Assembly (NCBI GenBank): GCA_039028615.1
Contig: JBCCHT010000025.1
Coordinates: forward strand, 96,001 to 160,000
DNA length: 64,000 nt
DNA from: Myxococcota bacterium
Lineage (GTDB): Bacteria > Myxococcota_A > Polyangia > Nannocystales > Nannocystaceae
Reading direction: 5' to 3'
Part shown: piece by piece, positions 56,833 to 64,000 of the stretch
Layout: the number at the start of each line of letters is the position of its first letter
How positions within the stretch are numbered: the stretch's first letter is position 1
The notes under the pieces: generated by a model
Told to the model about the DNA's origin: nothing
The model's database searches: none
What the model saw: the letters and a program-made list of their open reading frames with translations, nothing else
Made by a program: the position numbers and the translations under genes

Positions 56833-58517
56833 TCCGCGGGCGCGCTGCGCTTGAAGGTCAGTTGACGGTTTTCGGCCACCGACATCGCCAGGCCATCGAA
56901 GGTCTCCTCGGCGGCCACGAAGTCGTCGGCGGCTTGCTCGATGGAGCCCACCGCGGCCGAGGCCCGTGCCCCCGAGGCGTACTCCATCATGTTCTCCACC
57001 AGGCAGCGGCGGATCTGGTCCTGTCCCGCCAGCTGCCCGAGCATGTCGGCAGCGGAGGCAAAGGAAAGCTCGGGGCGGTCATCGAACGCGGGCAGCGTGC
57101 CGTTGGAGTACAGCGAGCGCCCCTCGGCATCGACCGTGGTGTAGCGCCCCAGCAGATCGAAGCGCTCGAAGCCATACGCGATGGGCTCGAAGAGCGTGTG
57201 GCACGAGGTGCACTGCGGCTCGATGTTCATGCGGAACTCGCTGGCCTCCCGCGGGGTCATCGATTCCGTCTGCTGCGCCGTGTCCATGATCTGCTCGGCC
57301 ACGTCGTCCGGCGGCGGCGTGAGGTGCTGACACAAGACGCGCTCGGTCATGAACACACCGCGTCCCACGAACGAGGTCGTGCCCAGCGCTGCCAAGAACC
57401 CGGGATGGGTCAGCACACCGCCGCGGGCCTGGAGCGTCGACGAGTCGTAGAGGCTCAGCCCCGGCTGCGGGTTCGCGACGCCAGCCAGCTCGGCGACGGC
57501 GGGGGTCATCATCAGCTCGCGCCCGTCGAAGAGCGCGGCCAGGGACTGGTCGTCAGCCGAGATGTGCTCGAAAGTCGCCATCAAGCTACTGACGAGCTGG
57601 TCGGCCACCTCGGGCTCGGCCGCGACCAGGCTGGCGATGGAGACCAAGGAGTAGTCCGCCCAGAACACCTCCCGGCTACGAGCGAAGCGGGGGTCGGCGA
57701 TCATGCGCTCGACCTGCGCCTCGATCCCGGTGGCATCGACGGCCCCTTCACCGCCCGCTTGGGCGGCGAACTCGAGCAGCTCGAGATCGGGTGCCGACTG
57801 CCACAGGAAGTAGGAAAGACGACTGGCCAGCTCGTAGCCCGTCACCAGCCGAATCTCGTCCGGCGTGCCGTCCGTCTCGACCTCGAGGCGATACAGGAAC
57901 TGCGGCGACTGCAACATCGCCTGCACGATGCCCGTGACCACATCCTCTTCGGTGGTGCCCGGCTCGGCCGCGATGGTCTCGGCCAGCTCGTCGTAGTCCG
58001 CCACTTCGTCGTCCTGCAGCGGGCGACGAGCCAGGCGCAGGCCGAGCCCTCGAATGAAGCTCTCGCGACACGAGGGGTCGGCCATGCCGACGCAGCCGCC
58101 GTGGATCTCGGTGAGCCCGTCGGCGTCGAGACGCTCGGTCACCGAGCGCGCCACGAAGGCGTAGGCGAGCACGTACTGCGTGTTGAAGAACTGCGACGCG
58201 ACCGCGGTGGAGTAGGCCCCCTCGATGGGGATGTCCCGCGGCAGCTGCTCGCGCTCCTCGTCGGTCAGCTCGACACCGAGCACATCGAGCACCGAGTACT
58301 CGTATTGCGTCTCCGTCAGCCTTCCCACCAAGGGTGGCGGCACGCTGTGCGGGTTGACGTCCTCGGGCACGCCATCGTCGTCACCGTCCGTCTCGCCGCC
58401 CGTGGCCGTGTCCGTACCGCCGTCGTCCGCCGTCATGGCGGGCGAGCCCGAATAACAGCCGACCAGGCCAGCGATCGCAGCAATTGCCACGCGCCGCGTT
58501 CTTCGCCGAAGCTTCAC
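56829..58517 (-). CDS. DUF1592/DUF1588-family lipoprotein (second copy)
   Basis: Lipobox LVGC after GTG 58517; RLTETQY; SPQFLYR; ELASRLSYFLW; CTSCH. Confidence 0.9.
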   Translation of the reverse strand: MKLRRRTRRVAIAAIAGLVGCYSGSPAMTADDGGTDTATGGETDGDDDGVPEDVNPHSVPPPLVGRLTETQYEYSVLDVLGVELTDEEREQLPRDIPIEGAYSTAVASQFFNTQYVLAYAFVARSVTERLDADGLTEIHGGCVGMADPSCRESFIRGLGLRLARRPLQDDEVADYDELAETIAAEPGTTEEDVVTGIVQAMLQSPQFLYRLEVETDGTPDEIRLVTGYELASRLSYFLWQSAPDLELLEFAAQAGGEGAVDATGIEAQVERMIADPRFARSREVFWADYSLVSIASLVAAEPEVADQLVSSLMATFEHISADDQSLAALFDGRELMMTPAVAELAGVANPQPGLSLYDSSTLQARGGVLTHPGFLAALGTTSFVGRGVFMTERVLCQHLTPPPDDVAEQIMDTAQQTESMTPREASEFRMNIEPQCTSCHTLFEPIAYGFERFDLLGRYTTVDAEGRSLYSNGTLPAFDDRPELSFASAADMLGQLAGQDQIRRCLVENMMEYASGARASAAVGSIEQAADDFVAAEETFDGLAMSVAENRQLTFKRSAPAE

Positions 58518-58580
58518 GTCTTGCCCCCTCCCGAGCACCAACCGGAGCCACCACGACGGCGGCCCGCATGTACGAGGAGG

Positions 58581-58611
58581 TATTCCTCCCGCGGCCCCGG
58601 ACTCGTCACTC
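58581..58611 (-). promoter_or_regulatory. Putative ECF promoter GAGTGACG-N18-GAATA for DUF1592 operon
   Basis: Same bipartite motif and spacing as 60181-60211. Confidence 0.65.
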
Positions 58612-58832
58612 GAACGACAAAGTAATTGTCGTTCGCATCCATGCCGCAGCGTCATGCGGTGCTCCAGGCACCGGAACAGCCGCGACCCCGCGTCCGTGTC
58701 GCTCGACTCGAAGCTCGAGAGCCCTCGGGCCAACCGACGTGGATCTCGGTCGGTGGGCAGATTCCGATCGCCGAGGCCGAGCCGCTCTGCGCGTGCTGAT
58801 CCTCGGCGAGTTGCTTCCGACTCGACGAACGA

Positions 58833-59618
58833 CTACGGCGTGGCGGGAGCCACTGCGACGGGGCAGGCCTTCTCGAGCTCGGCTCTTCGTGCACCTCGCC
58901 GGGTCGACAGCAGCGTGCGCGCCGCGTCGATCCGCCCGGCACCGCACAGCGCCTTGAGCTTCAGCAACACGCGCTCCTCACCGAAGACACTGCCGGGATA
59001 CTTTGTCTGGTGCTCTCGCAGCTGCCCGAGCGCCTGACTGTAGCGACCCCCGGCCAAGCTCTGGCGGGCGGACTGCAGCAGCGCCATCTCGGCGCGCAGA
59101 TCTCCGGTCGATGTCGACGGCACGTCCTTGCGTCGCTTGTGCCCCCGCGAGGTCGAGCGGCGTCGACGGGGCCGCGCATCGGTGGCGGGCTCGGGCGCAG
59201 CTTCGGTGTCGGCCTCGGGTGTGATCGACTCGGCCTCGTCCTCCGCCTCGGGACTCGAGGCCGTGGTGCGGCCCCCGGCGGAGTACGCCTCGCCGCCCAC
59301 TTCGGCCGAAGCACGAGCGTAGCCCGCTTGGATCGGCTCTTTCGCGGGCACGATGGAAGACATCGGGGTGAAGGTCGACGCCATCCACAGCATGAGACCC
59401 GCCGCGAGTGCGCCCCCGAGGCCGATGGCCAGCCACAGTCGCCGGCCCCCCGCCGCTTCGTCGGACGGCGGTGCTTCGCCGATGCGCGGCGGTGCATCGC
59501 GCTCGACGGAGGCCTGCAGCTGCTCCCAGACCGAGGCGCGCTCCGAGGCGGGGACCTCGGCCCCGCTCGTCAGCTCGTCGAGCAACCGTCGGGCACTGGG
59601 TTGGAGCTCACTCACCAT
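58833..59618 (-). CDS. Putative anti-sigma factor (single TM, linker, TPR-like tail)
   Basis: Overlaps ECF stop; TM; LRAEMALL...KYP...KALC. Confidence 0.75.
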   Translation of the reverse strand: MVSELQPSARRLLDELTSGAEVPASERASVWEQLQASVERDAPPRIGEAPPSDEAAGGRRLWLAIGLGGALAAGLMLWMASTFTPMSSIVPAKEPIQAGYARASAEVGGEAYSAGGRTTASSPEAEDEAESITPEADTEAAPEPATDARPRRRRSTSRGHKRRKDVPSTSTGDLRAEMALLQSARQSLAGGRYSQALGQLREHQTKYPGSVFGEERVLLKLKALCGAGRIDAARTLLSTRRGARRAELEKACPVAVAPATP

Positions 59619-60174
59619 GGCGCTTCACCTCCGCGCGGTAGCGAGCGGCAAAGCGCTCGAACTTCTTCCGGGCCAGTCGCAGCCGCGAGTACACGGTGTT
59701 GGTCTTGGCTCCCACTGCGACCGCGACGTCGGGTGCCGCGACGCCCTCGACGTCGTGCAGCACGAACACGGCTCGTTGCTCCTCGGGCAGCCCGGCCAGG
59801 AACGTCTGCAGCAGAGCGTGAGCCTGGCTCTGCTGCAGCACCGTCTCCGCCGTGGCGACCGGCGCCTGGGGGGAGGGCACCGCCTGGAGTCGACGCTCGC
59901 GATGCACCCCAGTCCTGGCCCGCGCCACCACGTTGCGGGTAATGCCGAACAACCAGTTGCGGATCTTCCGCTCGCGATCGAAGTCGTGCCGTCGTCGATA
60001 CGCGATCAGGAACACGTCGTGCACGATGTCGCCGACATCCTGCGGAGGTGCGCCCATGTGTTTGGCGATGCGCCATACGAAATCGACGTGTTCCTGATAC
60101 AGCGCCGCCAGGTCGGTGGGGTCGACCTCGCCCGTGGCCCCGCCCGGGAGGCATCGGAGCTCTTTTGGCGACAC
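59608..60174 (-). CDS. ECF sigma-70 factor
   Basis: HVDFVWR, DIVHDVF, IRNWLFGI, NTVYSRLRLAR. Confidence 0.92.
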   Translation of the reverse strand: MSPKELRCLPGGATGEVDPTDLAALYQEHVDFVWRIAKHMGAPPQDVGDIVHDVFLIAYRRRHDFDRERKIRNWLFGITRNVVARARTGVHRERRLQAVPSPQAPVATAETVLQQSQAHALLQTFLAGLPEEQRAVFVLHDVEGVAAPDVAVAVGAKTNTVYSRLRLARKKFERFAARYRAEVKRHGE

Positions 60175-60180
60175 GACCCA

Positions 60181-60211
60181 TATTCATGCGAACGGGTCGA
60201 TTCCGTCACTC
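60181..60211 (-). promoter_or_regulatory. Putative autoregulatory ECF promoter GAGTGACG-N18-GAATA
   Basis: Ends 6 bp before the ECF start codon; duplicated at 58581-58611. Confidence 0.65.
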
Positions 60212-60263
60212 CAAACCCGCTCGAATTCACGTTTTTTTGGGGTCTACGACCCCCTGGAGGGCC

Positions 60264-61244
60264 CTAGGAGCCGGTTTTGCGCCGATCGCTCGCCCCGATC
60301 GCCCCCATCCGCACCCGCAGGTAGCCGCCCGCGCGAAACTCGGCGGCGCCCGATCGATAGATCTCCGCCACCGGTTCGGGGTCGGCGACGAAGCGATGCT
60401 CGATGAAGGGCACCATCCCGTCCACGAATACGCCGAGCCCCACCGGGCCCGCGATGGTGACCTCCACCGCGCCCCGCAGCCCGGCCGCCGCCCACAGCCG
60501 CTGCTCGCGTCGGGTGCTGGGCAAGCCCTGCCCGCGCGCGTCGATCGACCCCAGCTCGAGTACCCCGCACATCGGAAACGCGAACCGCTTCACCGCCTTG
60601 TAGGCGCAGCCCCGCAGGGCGCCGCGGAACACCTGAACCTGCATCGAGACGTCGTCGTTGGGGGGCGCGGCGACGATCTGCTGCGGGAGATCGAAGGCGC
60701 CACCGAGCTCCACCCGCCACGCCGACCCGGCAAGGCCGAGGGTGGCCTCCACCGCGGCCCCCGTTGGCCAGGCCCCGCGTCGGACCCCGCCCGCCAGCGC
60801 ACCGTAGATCCACGCCCGCGCCTGGGCTGGCTCTGGCTTCGGCTCCGGCTCCGGCTCCGGTTCGGGCTCGGGCTCCGGCTCGGCCGTTGTCTCCTCCACC
60901 GCGCCGAAGTTGGGATCGAGCGCCACCGCGATGATGAAGGCCGTGCTCTCGACCAAGGCTTGGCAACGATCGGCGCCGATGGTCCGGCGTTGTACCGAGC
61001 CGCCGCGCCCAAGCTCCAGCTCGAGCCGCCAGCCCCCCGCGTCGCTGCCCGTCACCTCCCCGCGTACCACCAGCGGCACCGCGGGCGACGTGGCCTCGGG
61101 CGACCGCATGCTCGCCACCGTTCGTTGCAGCACGTCCACGCCCGGGCATCCCGCGGGCGCGTCCCACTGCACCGTGTACGCGGGGGACTCCTCGGCGGCG
61201 GGGCTCGCCAGCGCCAGGGCGGCCGCAGTGATCAAGGAGAGCAT
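60264..61244 (-). CDS. Secreted protein: small Cys-bridged N-domain, (PE)n linker, probable outer-membrane beta-barrel
   Basis: Signal peptide; WDAPAGCP; PEPEPE; alternating Gly/aromatic strands. Confidence 0.7.
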   Translation of the reverse strand: MLSLITAAALALASPAAEESPAYTVQWDAPAGCPGVDVLQRTVASMRSPEATSPAVPLVVRGEVTGSDAGGWRLELELGRGGSVQRRTIGADRCQALVESTAFIIAVALDPNFGAVEETTAEPEPEPEPEPEPEPKPEPAQARAWIYGALAGGVRRGAWPTGAAVEATLGLAGSAWRVELGGAFDLPQQIVAAPPNDDVSMQVQVFRGALRGCAYKAVKRFAFPMCGVLELGSIDARGQGLPSTRREQRLWAAAGLRGAVEVTIAGPVGLGVFVDGMVPFIEHRFVADPEPVAEIYRSGAAEFRAGGYLRVRMGAIGASDRRKTGS

Positions 61245-61263
61245 GCGAAGGATCGAACCCGGC

Positions 61264-61971
61264 TCACTGCAGCTCGAAGGTGACCTCGGCGAGCGGGCCC
61301 GGTTCACCCATCCCGTTGTCCATGGGGTAGGGCTGCGCGCCCACGGTGTGCTCACCCACGGTCAGCATCCACGGCGCCAGGTCGGCCTCGATGTTGCCCC
61401 CGAGCGTGAACGGCACGATGTTCTCGGTGCGGATCTCCATACCATCGACGTAGAACACCACGCTCCCGACCTCGGGGCCCGACGCCTCGGCGGCCAGGCT
61501 CAGCGCTGCACCGCCGTAGTTGGCGGGATCGACCATGTCCCCGTCGACGAGCGGCCCGAGCAATACGTCGGTGTCGGCGTTGGCGAGGCGGAACCCGACG
61601 ATCTCGAGGAAGGGCTCCCCCGTGCTCGAGCTGCTCGAGCTGCTCGAGCCGGTCTCGGACTCGCTGCCCGAGTCGGTGCTCGAGCCACTGGTGGTCCCGC
61701 TCGTGGTGCTCGTCTCCGCCCCCGTGTCGTCATCGACCGATCCGCTGGTCGCCGACATCCCGGGGGGAAGCGAGGGCAGCCCCGTCGTCTCGTCGATGCT
61801 CGTGGTGATGCTCGGCGGAAGGCCCGTCGTCGAGCCCCCGCCGCCGCCCCCGTCCCCGCGCTCGCCCAGCGAGGTGGAGATCGAGCAGGCCATGAGCCCC
61901 GCCGCGGCCACGAGCACGCCCGGTGGTCCGTGACCACGAGCAGGGCGCCGCCGTGCGAGCAGAGAACTCAT
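61264..61971 (-). CDS. Lipoprotein with Ser/Thr linker and C-terminal Ig-like domain
   Basis: Lipobox LMAC; GSVVFYVDG...TENIVPF...GEHTV. Confidence 0.75.
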   Translation of the reverse strand: MSSLLARRRPARGHGPPGVLVAAAGLMACSISTSLGERGDGGGGGGSTTGLPPSITTSIDETTGLPSLPPGMSATSGSVDDDTGAETSTTSGTTSGSSTDSGSESETGSSSSSSSSTGEPFLEIVGFRLANADTDVLLGPLVDGDMVDPANYGGAALSLAAEASGPEVGSVVFYVDGMEIRTENIVPFTLGGNIEADLAPWMLTVGEHTVGAQPYPMDNGMGEPGPLAEVTFELQ

Positions 61972-62159
61972 GGCCACGCATCCTACCGGACTGCGATGCC
62001 CGACACCCGCGAGACGTTGCGCGCGCTAAAGAGGTTTGATGGGGCGCAACGCCACAAAAGTACGTCGCCAATTCGGTGCGGCGGCGTACCCCGATGAGGG
62101 ACGCCATGGGGAAACGGCGAGCGGCGCCGACCGCCGAGGCGCTATGCTGAGCGCCGCCC

Positions 62160-63377
62160 ATGAGCTTCGCTCGCCGCTCGTTTCGCTCCCCCTGGTCATG
62201 GCTCCCCGTGCTGGGACTCGCGCTCGCGTGTCAGCCCGTCATCCGCACCTCGAGCCCGTCCAGCTCTGGTGCACCACCTCCGGCCCGACCGACGACCACG
62301 CCCGCTCCGACCCCCGCGGCCCGACCCGCCCCCGTCAACCCGATGGTGGAGCTGGCCTCGGGCTCGCTGCACACCTGCGGGCGCCGCAAGACGGGCGACG
62401 TGTTGTGCTGGGGTCGCAACGACTACGGGCAGCTCGGCGATGGTCGTCGTCGCGACTCGGTCCGCCTGGTGAAGGCCGGCAGCCTCACCGATGCCACGCA
62501 GCTGGCCGCGGGCCACGACTTCACCTGTGCGCTGCGCAAGGGCGGCAGCGTGGTGTGCTGGGGCAACAACTTCGACGGCCAGCTCGGCGACGGGCGAGGC
62601 GCTCGCTCGGGCGCCATGAGCCTGCGACCGACTCGCGTGGGCGGCCTGGGCGAGGCGGTACAGATCAGCGCGGGCCAGTACCACGCGTGTGCGCTCGAGC
62701 GCGGCGGCACGGTCAAGTGCTGGGGCAGCAGCGAGAACGGACAGATGGGCGACGACTCGGCGCGGGCCTTCGCCCGACCGATGGCCATCGAGCGCCTGGG
62801 CCCCGTGTCGCAGGTCGCCTCGGGGTGGTCGCACGTGTGCGCGCTGGAGAAGGCCGGCCAGGTGAAGTGCTGGGGCCGCAATACCGAGGGGCAGCTCGGC
62901 GACGGCAAATCGGGCAGCCGGATCAAGCCGGTCGTGGTGACCGGCATCAAGACCGGCGTCGAGCTCGTGTCCGGGCACAACCACACCTGCGCCCGCACCC
63001 GCGACGGCGGCCTGTGGTGCTGGGGCGACAACTCGGCGGGACAGCTGGGCGCGGGCGCCCGGGGTGAGCCCAAGGCCTATACCCCCGTGCGCATGCAAAA
63101 CCTCGGTCGGGTGGTCGCGCTCGAAGGCGGCGCCCGGCATCACTGCGCGCGTCTCGACTCCGGGCGCGTCACCTGCTGGGGCAACAACGACGCGGGGCAG
63201 CTCGGCACTCGGGCCACGCCTCGCCCCTCACCGCCCACGACCCTGCGCGGCATCGAGGACGCCATCGACGTCGCCCTCGGTGAGCGACATACCTGCGTGT
63301 TGCGAAAGAGCGGCAACGTGTCGTGCTTCGGCGACGCCAAGGAGAGCGCCCTGGGCCCCTACGGCCCCAAGCGCTGA
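62160..63377 (+). CDS. RCC1-repeat lipoprotein
   Basis: Lipobox ALAC; seven GxxH(T)C...CWGxNxxGQLG-type blades. Confidence 0.92.
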   Translation: MSFARRSFRSPWSWLPVLGLALACQPVIRTSSPSSSGAPPPARPTTTPAPTPAARPAPVNPMVELASGSLHTCGRRKTGDVLCWGRNDYGQLGDGRRRDSVRLVKAGSLTDATQLAAGHDFTCALRKGGSVVCWGNNFDGQLGDGRGARSGAMSLRPTRVGGLGEAVQISAGQYHACALERGGTVKCWGSSENGQMGDDSARAFARPMAIERLGPVSQVASGWSHVCALEKAGQVKCWGRNTEGQLGDGKSGSRIKPVVVTGIKTGVELVSGHNHTCARTRDGGLWCWGDNSAGQLGAGARGEPKAYTPVRMQNLGRVVALEGGARHHCARLDSGRVTCWGNNDAGQLGTRATPRPSPPTTLRGIEDAIDVALGERHTCVLRKSGNVSCFGDAKESALGPYGPKR

Positions 63378-63386
63378 ACTCGAGGC

Positions 63387-64000
63387 TCAGCGGCAGCTCG
63401 TCGCGTCTGCGGCGTGCGTCTGCAACACCGCGTGCAGCGAGGCTTCCATCAGCTGCTGGGCGTCGTCGCTCGGCAGGTCGATACCCACGTGGATATGCCC
63501 CGCCGCGAGCACGTCGGGGTAGGTCCGCGCGTAGGCTAGTCCGTGGAGCCCGAGGAATCCGCTGAGGTAGTTGCCGCTGGTGCCCGTCTCGTCGATCTCG
63601 ACCGACGTCAGATCGAGGACCTCGGTCGCCGCGACGATGGCATCGACCGGCAGCTCGGTGGGCAGCACGTTGCCCGCCCGCCAGGTGCTGATCGCGTCCC
63701 ATGAGCGCTCGTCGATGGAGTCGCGGGTGGGGTGTGTCTGGTCGCCGTAGCCGTCGGAGCTCCAGTCGAACGCGACGGACTCGCCTCCGCCGTGTCCGCC
63801 TTCGATCGCCTCGATCTCCCAGCCGATGCTCCCGCCCCGGCTGGTGGTGATGAGGATGGTCGGCTCGAGCTCGTCGACGATGCGCCAGAAATCCTCCGAG
63901 GTCGCCTGGTAGTCCACCTGCAGATCGAAGTCGCGAGAGCCGACGCGGCCCTCGGAGCCGAAGGGATCGTTGCTGGGGTCGCCGTCGGGCGGGAACTCGG
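63387..64000 (-). CDS. Pyroglutamyl-peptidase (C15)-like domain protein, 5' end outside window
   Basis: Frame open to window end; WEIE, ELPVDAI, SGNYLS, AGHIHV. Confidence 0.6.
   Translation of the reverse strand, partial: EFPPDGDPSNDPFGSEGRVGSRDFDLQVDYQATSEDFWRIVDELEPTILITTSRGGSIGWEIEAIEGGHGGGESVAFDWSSDGYGDQTHPTRDSIDERSWDAISTWRAGNVLPTELPVDAIVAATEVLDLTSVEIDETGTSGNYLSGFLGLHGLAYARTYPDVLAAGHIHVGIDLPSDDAQQLMEASLHAVLQTHAADATSCR

Overview
GC-rich, gene-dense bacterial DNA. The gene families (MYXO-CTERM-type sorting signal, ADYC protein, AgmK-like TPR protein, kinase-TPR protein, four ECF sigma factors, many lipoproteins with Ser/Thr/Asp linkers, two DUF1592/DUF1552 pairs) point to a myxobacterium, probably Nannocystineae (inference). 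About 40 CDS; I found no rRNA, tRNA, CRISPR array or transposase. Family names come from motif recognition by eye, not from searches. Main observations: (1) the 0.9-kb gap at 30.3-31.2 kb holds two tandem minus-strand structured ncRNA candidates. They share a duplicated promoter-like element, carry seven C-rich 'CCCCAA'-type motifs, mostly in hairpin loops, and each ends in a terminator-like hairpin. (2) A JmjC/FIH-like 2OG-Fe(II) oxygenase has Ala in place of the iron-ligand Asp (HxA), the signature of radical halogenases. (3) A Cys-rich lipopeptide + ferritin-like diiron module occurs once split and once fused. (4) A TROVE/vWA-like + ARPP-2-like gene pair. (5) An ECF cassette whose putative promoter (GAGTGACG-N18-GAATA) recurs upstream of a DUF1592/DUF1552 operon. 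(6) An ECF sigma fused to an anti-sigma-like membrane/TPR partner. (7) A signal-peptide-less M23 peptidoglycan-hydrolase effector operon. (8) A 2865-aa surface protein with anchor signals at both ends.
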